Made by a program: the position numbers and the translations under genes
Origin: Actinomycetota bacterium
GTDB taxonomy: Bacteria > Actinomycetota > UBA4738 > CALAEC01
Direction: 5' to 3'
Length of the DNA: 62,034 nucleotides
Assembly: GCA_035642095.1 (NCBI GenBank)
Contig: DASQTB010000136.1
Coordinates: forward strand, 1 to 62,034
Part shown: piece by piece, positions 9,319 to 18,676 of the stretch
Layout of the letters: every line of letters starts with the position of its first letter
Position numbering within the stretch: position 1 is the first letter of the stretch
Notes under the pieces: generated by a model
Told to the model about the DNA's origin: nothing
The model's input: the letters and a program-made list of their open reading frames with translations, nothing else
Database searches by the model: none

Positions 9319-10196
9319 TGCTCCAGGGCCCGGAGTATGTCCTCGGCGCCGGCCGAGCGGAGGATCTCCGCCGCCTCGGCCGCGGCGTCCTCGGCCGTAT
9401 CGGCTTCGACCTGGCTCCACAGGAGATCCGAGCCGTCGGGTCGCACGACCACGGCCAGGAGCCGAACCGCATTCCTCCGGGTCTCCGCGTACGCCCCGAG
9501 GGGCAGACGACAGCCGCCGCCGAGGAGCGACACGACCCGGCGTTCCGCCTCGAACGCGGTCCTCGATGGGAGATGGTCGATCTCGGCCGCAGCCTCCCCG
9601 GCCGGCCCGACCCGGCCCTGAACGGCCAGCGCCCCCTGGCCGGGGGCGGGAACCATCTCGTCGACGGGGAGCGGGTGGACGTGCGTCGGGGTCACCCCCA
9701 GCCGGGCCAGTCCGGCCGCGGCCAGGATCAGCCCGTCGATCGGGCCGTCTTCCAACCGGCGAAGCCGGGTGTCGACGTTCCCTCGCACGTCCCGGACGTC
9801 GGCGTCCCCCCGGATCCGCAGGTACTGGGCTCGCCGACGGAGGCTGGACGTCCCCACCACAGGCCGTTCCGGCAGCCCCGGCTCCCGGGTGACCAGGACG
9901 TCGTACGGCAGACCTCGCTGGGGAACCGCCACGACCTCGACACCCGGCGGATCGTTCGACGGCAGGTCCTTGGCAGAGTGCACGGCCAGATCGATCTCGC
10001 CCCGAACCACCGCCTCAGTGATGTCTCCCACGAACAGGCCCTTGATGCCGTACGCCTCCGGCGAGGCGCCCCGATCCCCCGCCGTGGTCATCGGCGCCAC
10101 CTCCACGAGGTGACCCCGGGCCCTCAGGAGGTCAGAGACCTCCTCGGCCTGGGCCAGGGCGAGGCGGGATCGCCGCGTGCCGATGCGGAGCCTCAG
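9315..10196 (-). CDS. hemC: hydroxymethylbilane synthase (porphobilinogen deaminase)
   Basis: The conserved N-terminus LRLRIGTRRSRLALAQAEEV lies upstream of the track start (GTG 10106). There is no ATG/GTG/TTG between it and the hemA stop, so I place the start at CTG 10196. Confidence 0.85.
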   Translation of the reverse strand: MRLRIGTRRSRLALAQAEEVSDLLRARGHLVEVAPMTTAGDRGASPEAYGIKGLFVGDITEAVVRGEIDLAVHSAKDLPSNDPPGVEVVAVPQRGLPYDVLVTREPGLPERPVVGTSSLRRRAQYLRIRGDADVRDVRGNVDTRLRRLEDGPIDGLILAAAGLARLGVTPTHVHPLPVDEMVPAPGQGALAVQGRVGPAGEAAAEIDHLPSRTAFEAERRVVSLLGGGCRLPLGAYAETRRNAVRLLAVVVRPDGSDLLWSQVEADTAEDAAAEAAEILRSAGAEDILRALEQ

Positions 10197-10199
10197 GGC

Positions 10200-11462
10200 C
10201 TACTCCGGAGGCTCGAGGCCGAACAGCTCGGCCAGCGTCCGGGCGGAATCCTCACCGACTCCTCTCCCGGCCCGGTCCTTGAGCCTGGTCACCGGGTCGT
10301 GGAGCAGCCGGCGAACGATCCGTCGGGTCAGCGCATCCACCGCGTGTCGATCGCGCTCGGTCCCCAGCCTTCCGGCGATCCGGCGGACCTCCTCGGCCCT
10401 GATGGCCTCTCCCCGGGCGTGGAGAGCCTCGATCAGCGGTGCCAGCCTCGCCGCCCGCCGGGCCACGGCGTACCGCCGGGTCTCCTCGGCCACGATCCCG
10501 GTGGCTCGGTCAACCTCGGCCGCGATCTGACCCCGCCGCCGAGCGACTACGTCTCGCAAGTCGTCGATGTCGACGAGGGCCACCCCCGGGAGCACCGCCA
10601 CCTCCGGGTCCACGTCACGAGGGACCGCCAGGTCGAGGAGGAACGTCCGGCCGGCCCGGCCCCCCAGGGCCCGACGAACCATCGGGACGTGGACCACCGA
10701 TCCGGTGGACCCGGTCGACGACACGACGAGCTCCGCACCCGAAAGGGCCGCCTCGATCTCCTCCATCGAACCGTGCCGCCCTCCAATCGTGGCCGCCAGG
10801 CGCTCCGCTCGATGAGCCCGCCTGGACAGGACCACCACCTCACCCACCTCGCGGTCCCGAAGGGCCCGGACAGCGAGCGCGCCCATGTCCCCGGCCCCGA
10901 TCACCAGCACGGATCGTCCCGGGAGCCCCCCCAGGTGCTCGGCGGCCAGCTCCGCGCCGGCTTCGACGAACGCGGCCGGGCTGGCCCCGATGGCCGTCTC
11001 GGCCCGAACACGCCTTCCCGCCCGGACCGCCCGGCGGAACAGGTCGGCCAGGGCCGGGCCGGCGGCACCCTCGGCATCGGCCCGCCGGAACGCCGCCCGG
11101 ACCTGGGCCAGGATCTGAGGCTCTCCCAAGACCATCGAATCTAGCCCCGACGCCACGGCGAAGAGGTGCTCCGAGGCATCGTCCTCGTAGTGCGAGTACA
11201 GGGGCTCGGCGAGCTGCTCGGCCGGCACTTCCGATTGTTCCGTGAGGAAACGCTTCAGGTCCAGGAATCCCTGGTGGTACAGGGTCACGTCCGCGTAGAC
11301 CTCGATCCGGTTGCACGTCGACAGGATCACGGACTCCCGGATCGACTCCAGCCCCTGGAGACGCCGGTATGACTTCGACTCCTGCTCCTCGGGGATGGTC
11401 AGCCGCTCCAGGAGCTCGACCGGAGCCGCCCGGTAGGAGACTCCCAGCGCCAGGACGGGCAT
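10200..11462 (-). CDS. hemA: glutamyl-tRNA reductase
   Basis: 420 aa with ILSTCNRIEVY (catalytic Cys), the VLVIGAGDMG NADPH fold and a C-terminal dimerisation helix. Confidence 0.92.
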   Translation of the reverse strand: MPVLALGVSYRAAPVELLERLTIPEEQESKSYRRLQGLESIRESVILSTCNRIEVYADVTLYHQGFLDLKRFLTEQSEVPAEQLAEPLYSHYEDDASEHLFAVASGLDSMVLGEPQILAQVRAAFRRADAEGAAGPALADLFRRAVRAGRRVRAETAIGASPAAFVEAGAELAAEHLGGLPGRSVLVIGAGDMGALAVRALRDREVGEVVVLSRRAHRAERLAATIGGRHGSMEEIEAALSGAELVVSSTGSTGSVVHVPMVRRALGGRAGRTFLLDLAVPRDVDPEVAVLPGVALVDIDDLRDVVARRRGQIAAEVDRATGIVAEETRRYAVARRAARLAPLIEALHARGEAIRAEEVRRIAGRLGTERDRHAVDALTRRIVRRLLHDPVTRLKDRAGRGVGEDSARTLAELFGLEPPE

Positions 11463-11473
11463 GGCTCAGCTCC

Positions 11474-12163
11474 TCAGGAACGGGGCCCGACCTCGGCCAG
11501 CTGCCGGCCCCGGCCGCCCTTCACGTCGGCCAGCACCGCCTTCCGCTGCTCGTAGAAGCCGAGGATCTGAAGCTCGATCGACAGGTCGACCTTTCGAAGG
11601 GATACCCCGGGCGGCACGGCGATCACCGCGGGGGCGAAGTTCAGGATCGATCGGATGCCGCCCTCGACCATCCGATCGGCCACCTCCTGAGCCCCGGAGG
11701 CGGGGGTGCAGACGATCCCGATGGCCACATCATGGCGGCGAACCAGCCGCGGCAGGTCGTCGACGGAGCGGACCTGGATGCCGGCCACGACCTCCCCCAC
11801 CTTGCCCGGATCGGAGTCGACCAGGGCCACCACCCGGAACCCACGCTCGGCGAACCCCTTGTAGTTGGCCAGGGCCTGGCCGAGGTTGCCGATGCCGGCG
11901 ATCAGCACGGGCCAGTCCTGGGTCAGGCCCAGCACCCTCCGCACCTGGTGGATGAGGTAGGCCACGTCATAGCCCACCCCCCGGGTCCCGTAGGAGCCGA
12001 GGTAGGAGAGATCCTTCCTGACCTTGGCCGAGTTCACCCCGGCCGCCTCGGCCAGGTCCTCTGACGAGGTCGTGGTCCTGCCCCCCTCGGCCATCTCCAC
12101 CAGGGCCCGGAGGTAGACCGGGAGCCGCCCCACCGTGGCCTCGGGGATGGCTCGCCGCCTCAC
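11474..12163 (-). CDS. rex: redox-sensing transcriptional repressor Rex
   Basis: RLPVYLRAL winged-helix N-terminus and the GIGNLGQALANY Rossmann motif. Located 11 nt upstream of hemA, as in the Streptomyces rex-hemACD arrangement. Confidence 0.9.
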   Translation of the reverse strand: MRRRAIPEATVGRLPVYLRALVEMAEGGRTTTSSEDLAEAAGVNSAKVRKDLSYLGSYGTRGVGYDVAYLIHQVRRVLGLTQDWPVLIAGIGNLGQALANYKGFAERGFRVVALVDSDPGKVGEVVAGIQVRSVDDLPRLVRRHDVAIGIVCTPASGAQEVADRMVEGGIRSILNFAPAVIAVPPGVSLRKVDLSIELQILGFYEQRKAVLADVKGGRGRQLAEVGPRS

Positions 12164-12235
12164 CCCATCCCCCGCCGTGCGCTTGTGAACATGCGAATGC
12201 CAGTGTACCGCGGGGCCGTTCAGGTTCTCAATCGC

Positions 12236-12481
12236 TCAAGCGCCTGGGTGTGAGAGGGCCGCCCGGAGTTCCCCGGCGTCGACGTGGAGCTCGAAGCGCT
12301 CCTCGCCGTCGATCAGGACCACGGGCACCCGGAGGCCGTACGCCCGCTCCAACCGGTGGTCGCCGTCGACGAAGACCTCCTCGAAATCGAAGGGAAGCTC
12401 GGCCCGGACGGCGAGGATCGCCTCCCGGGCCTGATCGCACAGGCCGCACGTGGTGCGGGAGTACATGGCCACGTTAGCCAC
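12236..12481 (-). CDS. glutaredoxin-like small redox protein (CxxC)
   Basis: 81 aa with MYSRTTCGLCDQA (CGLC) and ...RVPVVLIDGEE, typical of the glutaredoxin-2/DUF836 family. Confidence 0.75.
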   Translation of the reverse strand: MANVAMYSRTTCGLCDQAREAILAVRAELPFDFEEVFVDGDHRLERAYGLRVPVVLIDGEERFELHVDAGELRAALSHPGA

Positions 12482-13565
12482 CGGTCTCTCGGGCCAGCGT
12501 GTCGAGGTCGAGTCCCTCTTTCCGGACCCGGGCGTCGACGTACAGGAGGCCGATCACCAGGTCGACGAACGGGAGCATGACCGCGAAGATCACGGCCGCC
12601 GAGATGCCCGACCACAGGATCAACCGTTTCAGAACGGCCTCCGAGACCACGTCCGCCGAGGTGGCGAACACGGCGACCACGACGGCGAAGAACACCAGGA
12701 AAACCCCGAACAGGATCAGTCCGGCCAGCACCATGGCTCCCAGCGTGCGCCAGGTCAGTCCCCGGACCAGCGACCAGGACCGGCCGAGCGGCGACAACCC
12801 TCGCCGACCTTCGATGACGACCACGGCGGATCCGAGCAGGAAGCGCATGGCCAGGAACACCGCCGGCACCAGTCCGACCAGCAGAAGGACGGCGCCCCCG
12901 ACGGCAAGGCCGGACGGGCTGGTTCCTTCCCACGTCCCGAACAGCACCGCTCCGGGGAGGATGGGGACGGCCACGGCCAGGCCGCCCCCCAGGGCCACCA
13001 CCAGGAGCGTCAACGCCCGGCGGGCCACGACCCGATATGAGTCGCCGATCGAGGGACGCCGGCCCTGGAGGGCCAGCGCCCCGGCCCGGATCACCGCCCC
13101 GGCCACCAGGGCGAACGAGAGGGCTGAGATCAGGTTGGTGATCACGCTCATCCACCAGGGCACCGTCGCCTGCGCCGGGGCCCCCGGCGGGACGACGACG
13201 CGGACCGTGGCCAGGGTGAGCGAGAGGATGATCGCCTGCGTGGGGACCACCAGGACGGCGGACATGGCCGTGAGGCCCCAGAAGTGACGGCCCCACAGTC
13301 GGAACGCGCCGCCCAGGATCTGTCCCACGGTGAGCGGATAGGGAGCCCCTCCGGCCGGCGCCGCCGGCTCGCCGGCCGCCTCCAGGAGCAAGTACCGCTG
13401 CCAGGCACGACCCCAGCCTTCGATCGACAGGGCGAACTCCTCCACGGGAACTCCCCCCGTCGTTCCGTCCCACAGAGCGTACCGGTCGGCGGTGCGTCCC
13501 AGGACGAATCGGCGACCCCGGAAGTCGACGTGCTCGGCTCCGGTCAGCGGCGGTTGGGCGCTCAT
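12474..13565 (-). CDS. polytopic membrane protein, unknown function
   Basis: About 6-7 TM helices after a soluble N-terminal domain. I prefer ATG 13565 (MSAQPPL) over ORF-track start 13664, to leave a divergent promoter region. Confidence 0.6.
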   Translation of the reverse strand: MSAQPPLTGAEHVDFRGRRFVLGRTADRYALWDGTTGGVPVEEFALSIEGWGRAWQRYLLLEAAGEPAAPAGGAPYPLTVGQILGGAFRLWGRHFWGLTAMSAVLVVPTQAIILSLTLATVRVVVPPGAPAQATVPWWMSVITNLISALSFALVAGAVIRAGALALQGRRPSIGDSYRVVARRALTLLVVALGGGLAVAVPILPGAVLFGTWEGTSPSGLAVGGAVLLLVGLVPAVFLAMRFLLGSAVVVIEGRRGLSPLGRSWSLVRGLTWRTLGAMVLAGLILFGVFLVFFAVVVAVFATSADVVSEAVLKRLILWSGISAAVIFAVMLPFVDLVIGLLYVDARVRKEGLDLDTLARETGG

Positions 13566-13675
13566 CCGGAGGGTCGGGACGCCGAGTCCTGGTCCGTCCC
13601 GGCGTCGGGGGCCCCGCTCACGCGAAGAGGATACAAGGGGGCAGACGCGGGTCCGCATGGTCATACTGCTGACCC

Positions 13676-14221
13676 GTGGCCGAGACCGACCTCGAGCTGA
13701 TCCGCCGGATCGCCTCGCGGGATCCCGGTGCCTTCGAGAACCTGTACCGACGGTACGGGCCCTCGATCTACGGCGTGGCGGTCCGGGTCCTCCGCCAGCC
13801 GTTCCTGGCCCAGGAGGTGGTGCACGACACGTTCATGGCGGTGTGGAACGCGCCCGACGCCTACGATCCCAGCCGGGGCCCGTTCCGGGCCTATCTCCTG
13901 TCCCTGGGCCATCATCGGGCGGTCGACGCGGTGCGCAGGGAGGAGCGGCTCCGGGACCGCGAGCGCCGAGCGAACCCGGGCCCGGACCCCGGCGAAGATG
14001 TGATGGAGAACGTCGTCGAGGAGGCCGACCTGGCCGACCGGCGGCGGGCGGTCCGGGAAGCGATGGATGCCCTCCCCGAGGATCAGCGCCGCCTGGTGGA
14101 GCTCATGTACTTCAGAGGATGGACGCAGTCGAAGATCGCCTCGACCGAGGGGATCCCCCTCGGTACGGTGAAGAGCCGGGTGTTCGCGGCCATGCGCCGG
14201 CTCCGGGAAGCCCTGTCGTGA
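13676..14221 (+). CDS. ECF-type RNA polymerase sigma factor
   Basis: Sigma-70 region 2 (FENLYRRYGPSIYGVAVRVL, DTFMAVW) and region 4 (LVELMYFRGWTQSKIASTEGIPLGTVKSRV). GTG start. Confidence 0.88.
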   Translation: MAETDLELIRRIASRDPGAFENLYRRYGPSIYGVAVRVLRQPFLAQEVVHDTFMAVWNAPDAYDPSRGPFRAYLLSLGHHRAVDAVRREERLRDRERRANPGPDPGEDVMENVVEEADLADRRRAVREAMDALPEDQRRLVELMYFRGWTQSKIASTEGIPLGTVKSRVFAAMRRLREALS

Positions 14222-14937
14222 GCTGGGACCACGAGCGGGTCGAGGAGCTCCTGGCCGGCCGGGCGCTGGGCGGTCTGGACCCCGAGGATGCCGCACTGGC
14301 CGAGCGAGCGTTGCTGGAGCACGTTCCGGAGTGCGAGCGCTGCCGTCGAGCCCTCGACGGCTTCGCCACGATCGCCGGCGACCTGGCCCTGGTCGCTCCG
14401 CCCGTGGCGCCCCCCGAGACTCTTCTCCCTCGGCTCCGTCGATCGGCGCGGCTCCCGTCCCGGCGGCGATGGAGCACGGCGTGGGTCGTGGCCGGGGCTC
14501 TGGCGGTCGTTCTGGCCGGGGCGTCGGGATGGAGCCTGGTCACCGCGGTCGGCCTGTCGGCCCGGCTGGAGGAAGCGGAGATCCAGACCGGATGGCTGGT
14601 CGACGCGGTCTCCACCGCCACCCATCCCAGCCACGAGGTCCTGGCGCTGACGGGAGGCGGCGAAGAGCGCGTGTCCGTCCTGTTCGTGCCGGGTGACGAG
14701 CACTCCTACCTGATGGCCACGAACCTCCCTGACCCCCGGTTCGGATACCACGTGTGGTTCCTGGGTCAGGGGAAGACGTGGCACGCCGGGCGGTTGGAGG
14801 TGACCCACGGGTGGGGGATGATGCCGGTTGACACGAACCCCGACCAGTGGGAGGTCGTGATGCTCACCGACGAGCCCCGGGGCGGGGGACCCCGGCCCGA
14901 GGCCTCCCCGCTGGTCAGCGCCCGGGTCACCGCCTGA
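14218..14937 (+). CDS. anti-sigma factor (zinc-finger HxxxCxxC, single TM helix, RskA-like extracytoplasmic domain)
   Basis: HVPECERC motif, a TM helix (WVVAGALAVVLAGASGW) and a C-terminal domain. The GTG overlaps the sigma stop (GTGA). Confidence 0.75.
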   Translation: MSWDHERVEELLAGRALGGLDPEDAALAERALLEHVPECERCRRALDGFATIAGDLALVAPPVAPPETLLPRLRRSARLPSRRRWSTAWVVAGALAVVLAGASGWSLVTAVGLSARLEEAEIQTGWLVDAVSTATHPSHEVLALTGGGEERVSVLFVPGDEHSYLMATNLPDPRFGYHVWFLGQGKTWHAGRLEVTHGWGMMPVDTNPDQWEVVMLTDEPRGGGPRPEASPLVSARVTA

Positions 14938-14984
14938 CGGCGGCTGCTTGAACCTGCGCGTCTCGCCGGGGACACTCGGCGGCG

Positions 14985-16163
14985 ATGGCCCATCGCTTCG
15001 GCAGTCACGTCCCCCGGCGGATCCGGACCATACTGGCCGGCATCGCCGGGATCCTGGCCGTGGCCACCGTGGTCGCCCTCGTCGCGCTGTGGCCGAGCGG
15101 GGAACGGCGACCGGATCTCTCCGGGCTGGGCTTCATCAGCGAGGTCGCCGACGCCGAGGTCGTCGCGGCCGATGACGTTCCCTGCCAGGGGCAGCCCCAG
15201 GAGGGCGTGTCCTGCCGCCGGGTGACGTTCGAGCTGACCACGGGTCCCGACGCCGGCGAGCTGGCCACCCAGGAGCTGGTCCTCACGGGGACGACGCCGG
15301 AGCTGGAGGAGGGCGACCGGGTCGTCCTGGCCCGGGATCCCCAGGCCGCGCCGGAGTTCCGGTACCGCTTCGTCGATCGTGATCGGGGCGCCGTGCTGGG
15401 GTGGCTGGCCGTCGCCTTCGTCGTGGCGGTGGTCCTCCTCGGCGGACTGCGAGGGATCACCGCGCTGGCGGGCCTGGCCGTCAGCATCGCCGTGTTGCTG
15501 ACGTTCACACTCCCGGGGATCCTCGAGGGGCGGAGCCCCCTGGCGGTGGCCATCGTTTCGTCGGCCGCCATCGCCTTCCTGGCCCTCTACCTGGCCCATG
15601 GCTTCACCACGATGACCACGGTGGCCCTTCTGGGGACGCTGGCCAGCCTGGCCCTGGTTGCCGCGCTGGCCCAGCTCTTCGTCGGCCTGGCCCGGCTCTC
15701 CGGATTCGCCTCGGAGGAAGCCATCGTGGTGCAGATCGGTGCGGCGAACGTCGACCTGGCCGGGATCATCCTCGGCGGCGTGGTGATCGGCGCCCTGGGT
15801 GCCATCGACGACATGACCGTCACCCAGGCTTCGGCGGTGTGGGAGCTCCGGGCGGCCGATCCCCGGATGGGAGCAGCCGCGCTGATCCGCTCCGGCCTCC
15901 GCGTTGGACGCGACCACATCGCGTCCACCGTCAACACCCTGGCTCTGGCCTACGCCGGCGCGTCGATGCCGGTGCTCCTGCTGCTGGTCCTGTCGCGCCA
16001 GTCGCTGGCCACGGTGGCCAACGGCGAGGTGATCGCCACCGAGCTCCTCCGGACGCTGGTCGGCAGCATCGGCCTGGTGACCGCCGTTCCCATCACGACC
16101 TGGCTGGCGTCGCTGGCCGCCCCCGCCGCGCCGGAGGAGGCCCTCAGCCGTCGCCCGGAGTAG
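14985..16163 (+). CDS. YibE/F family membrane protein
   Basis: 392 aa with an N-terminal TM helix plus a soluble domain, then about 6 TM helices. The motifs resemble the YibE/F family (GRSPLAVAIV..., TVNTLALAYAGASMP). Confidence 0.7.
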   Translation: MAHRFGSHVPRRIRTILAGIAGILAVATVVALVALWPSGERRPDLSGLGFISEVADAEVVAADDVPCQGQPQEGVSCRRVTFELTTGPDAGELATQELVLTGTTPELEEGDRVVLARDPQAAPEFRYRFVDRDRGAVLGWLAVAFVVAVVLLGGLRGITALAGLAVSIAVLLTFTLPGILEGRSPLAVAIVSSAAIAFLALYLAHGFTTMTTVALLGTLASLALVAALAQLFVGLARLSGFASEEAIVVQIGAANVDLAGIILGGVVIGALGAIDDMTVTQASAVWELRAADPRMGAAALIRSGLRVGRDHIASTVNTLALAYAGASMPVLLLLVLSRQSLATVANGEVIATELLRTLVGSIGLVTAVPITTWLASLAAPAAPEEALSRRPE

Positions 16164-16181
16164 CCGACGCAGGTCGGGGTC

Positions 16182-16865
16182 TCAGGATCGTGCCGGGGCG
16201 CGTTGCCGCGTTGCGGTGAGGAAGCCCCAGTACATGACGGCGATGCCGACGGCGTGACCGATCGAGAACACGGCGAAGTTGCCGAACCCCGCGCCGACGC
16301 CGCTGCCGATGGACACGATCGTCGCTCCGACGGCGATCAGCAGGATCCCCAGGAACCGGTCCCGGAGCTCGGGGCGGCCCCCGATCCGGAAGGCCGACCA
16401 GATCGTCCCGGCGATGAGGATGACGTACCCCGTGTAGGCGTAATACTGGCTGAGGCGGTGCGCGGCGGTGCCGTCGCCGAATACCTCTCGGCCCAGCGGG
16501 AACTCCGCGGCCAGCGCCTCCGACACCGGCGCCGTCCGGACGATGGCCGTGGCCGTCGCCGTGGCCACCAGCAGGAGCGCCAGCAGCAGATGCGGAACCC
16601 ACCTGGGCCGGATCAGCAGATAGACCTCCCCCAAGGCCAGGTAGGGAACGGTGAGAACTGCCCCGAACAGCCAGTAGACCCGGAACTCCGCCGAGGACCA
16701 GCCGTCGGCCATACCCAGGATGAGCGCGCCGGTGGCCGTGGCAAACATCAGCATGGAGACGCCCCACACCGCCTCGTGCCACAAGCGACGACGGCCCGAC
16801 CGGATCAGCAGGTGGATGCCGAACGTCAGGGCGACGGCCGCCGCCAGGATCGGGAGGAAGATCAT
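16182..16865 (-). CDS. polytopic membrane protein, unknown function
   Basis: 227 aa from ATG 16865 (MIFLPILAAAV), with an ATGA overlap with the upstream ligase stop. About 7 hydrophobic helices. Confidence 0.6.
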   Translation of the reverse strand: MIFLPILAAAVALTFGIHLLIRSGRRRLWHEAVWGVSMLMFATATGALILGMADGWSSAEFRVYWLFGAVLTVPYLALGEVYLLIRPRWVPHLLLALLLVATATATAIVRTAPVSEALAAEFPLGREVFGDGTAAHRLSQYYAYTGYVILIAGTIWSAFRIGGRPELRDRFLGILLIAVGATIVSIGSGVGAGFGNFAVFSIGHAVGIAVMYWGFLTATRQRAPARS

Positions 16866-18379
16866 CCGCCCGACTCCCGGAGCCGCCGACGGATCACCTT
16901 CCCCGTCACGTGCCTGGGGAGCTCCGTCATGATCTCGACCTCCCGCGGCCACTTGAACCGAGCCAGCCGCCGCCGACACTGCTCCAACACCTCATCCGAG
17001 GTCAGCGTGGCGCCCGAAGCCGGCACCACCAGGGCCTTGACGGCCTCCCCGGTCCGTTCGTCGGGGATCCCGATCACCGTGCACTCCGCCACGCTCGGAT
17101 GCTCGGCGATGGCATCCTCCACCTCCTTGGGGAACACGCTGAAGCCGGACACGATCACCAGGTCCTTGGTCCGATCGACGATGTGGAGGTATCCGTCCTC
17201 GTCGCGGTACGCCACGTCGCCCGTTCGGAACCAGCCGTCGCGGAAGGCGGCCTCGGTCTCCTCGGGCTTCCGCCAGTAGCCGGCGAACACGTTGGGCCCC
17301 CGCACCACGATCTCCCCCGGGTCGCCCTCCTCGACGTCCTCACCGTCCTCGTCGACCACTCGGACGTCCACCCCGGGCAGCGCCAGGCCGATCGAGTCGG
17401 GGCGGGCGTCGTCCCCCAGCGCGGTGGTGGTGAGCGCGGGAGCGGTCTCGGTGAGCCCGTATCCCTCCCAGATCGTCACGCCGAACCGATCCCGGAACGC
17501 TCGGAGCACCCCACCGGGAAGCGCCGCAGCCCCGGAGACGGCGACCCGGACCGAGGACAGATCGAAGGAGCGATCCTCGGCGGCCCGAAGCCACGCCGCG
17601 AACATCGCCGGGGCCCCGAACAGGACGGTCACTCGGTGTCGTTCGACGAGCTCCAGCGTGACGACCGGATCAAACCGCTCCACCAGCACCGCCGTGGCTC
17701 CCTCGCGGAGGGTGATCCCCAGGACGACGTTGAGGGCGTAGATGTGGAACAGCGGGAGCGCGAGGAGCACCACGTCGTCCTCGGCCTCGCGGAGCGTCGG
17801 AACCTGCGACATCTGGTCGAGGTTGGCCGTCAGGTTGCCGTGGGTGAGCATGGCGCCCTTCGGGTTGGCGGTGGTTCCCGCCGTGTATGCCAGGAGCGCC
17901 ACATCGGAGGCGTCCACGGGGCGAGCCGGCCTCGCGGAAGCTCGGGCCAGCAGCTTCTCGTACGAATCGGTCCTCCGGGGCGAGCGTCCTCGAGCGACCA
18001 CCACATGGTCCAGCTCGGCCAGGCGGTCCCGCACCGCCAGGACGGCGGGAAGGAAGGGCCGCTCCGTCACCACCACCTTGACCTCGGCGTCGGCCAGCAC
18101 GTAGCCGAGCTCGTCGGGGGTCAGCATCACGTTCAGGGGAGCCACCACCGCCCCGAGCCGCCAGGCGCCGAGGAGGGCCTCGACGAACTCTGGGGTCGTG
18201 CCCAGGAGGAGGGCCACCCGATCCCCCGGCGAAACGCCGAGGTCGGCCAGCGCGCCGGACGCCCGGGAGACTCGATCGTGCAGTTCGCGGTAGGTCACCG
18301 TGCCGTCGCCGCCGACCAAGGCGGCCGCGGCCGGATGGTCGGCCGCGCCCCTGGCCAGCGCCTCGGCCATGGAGGTCAT
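16862..18379 (-). CDS. fadD: long-chain fatty acid-CoA ligase (AMP-dependent synthetase)
   Basis: AMP-binding motif LAYTAGTTANPKGAMLTHGN, then GYGLTE, then TGDVAYRDEDGYLHIVDR. Start at ATG 18379 with a GAGGTGG SD. The upstream track extension is non-homologous. Confidence 0.88.
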   Translation of the reverse strand: MTSMAEALARGAADHPAAAALVGGDGTVTYRELHDRVSRASGALADLGVSPGDRVALLLGTTPEFVEALLGAWRLGAVVAPLNVMLTPDELGYVLADAEVKVVVTERPFLPAVLAVRDRLAELDHVVVARGRSPRRTDSYEKLLARASARPARPVDASDVALLAYTAGTTANPKGAMLTHGNLTANLDQMSQVPTLREAEDDVVLLALPLFHIYALNVVLGITLREGATAVLVERFDPVVTLELVERHRVTVLFGAPAMFAAWLRAAEDRSFDLSSVRVAVSGAAALPGGVLRAFRDRFGVTIWEGYGLTETAPALTTTALGDDARPDSIGLALPGVDVRVVDEDGEDVEEGDPGEIVVRGPNVFAGYWRKPEETEAAFRDGWFRTGDVAYRDEDGYLHIVDRTKDLVIVSGFSVFPKEVEDAIAEHPSVAECTVIGIPDERTGEAVKALVVPASGATLTSDEVLEQCRRRLARFKWPREVEIMTELPRHVTGKVIRRRLRESGG

Positions 18380-18676
18380 GGTGGCGCCACCTCGAGGTGC
18401 TCCGCCAACGACGTCTGCCCCGGAGAGAGTCCCCCGGCACCCGGGCTCCCCGTCCGCCCCCCGCGGCGGCGCGGGAAACGGATCCACCGCCCGCCCGAGG
18501 CCGAGCTCGTCGGGAACCAGACGTCGAATCGACCACGCCGGCCGTCCCACCGCGGGCGATCGTCGCGTTCGGTCAATCCGGCCGGAAGCATACCCGGGAG
18601 AAGGAGCGGGGGGGTACCGTGGTGAATCTTTTCTCCAGGAGCGGGCGCCGGACGCCCGATACCCTTAGCGAGGCTG

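Noticed and set aside
12183-12200. Second Rex operator upstream of rex itself (TTGTGAACATGCGAATGC)
   Set aside because: Only the left half-site TTGTGAA matches. The right half matches about 1 of 7 positions, so this is not a credible ROP without experimental support.
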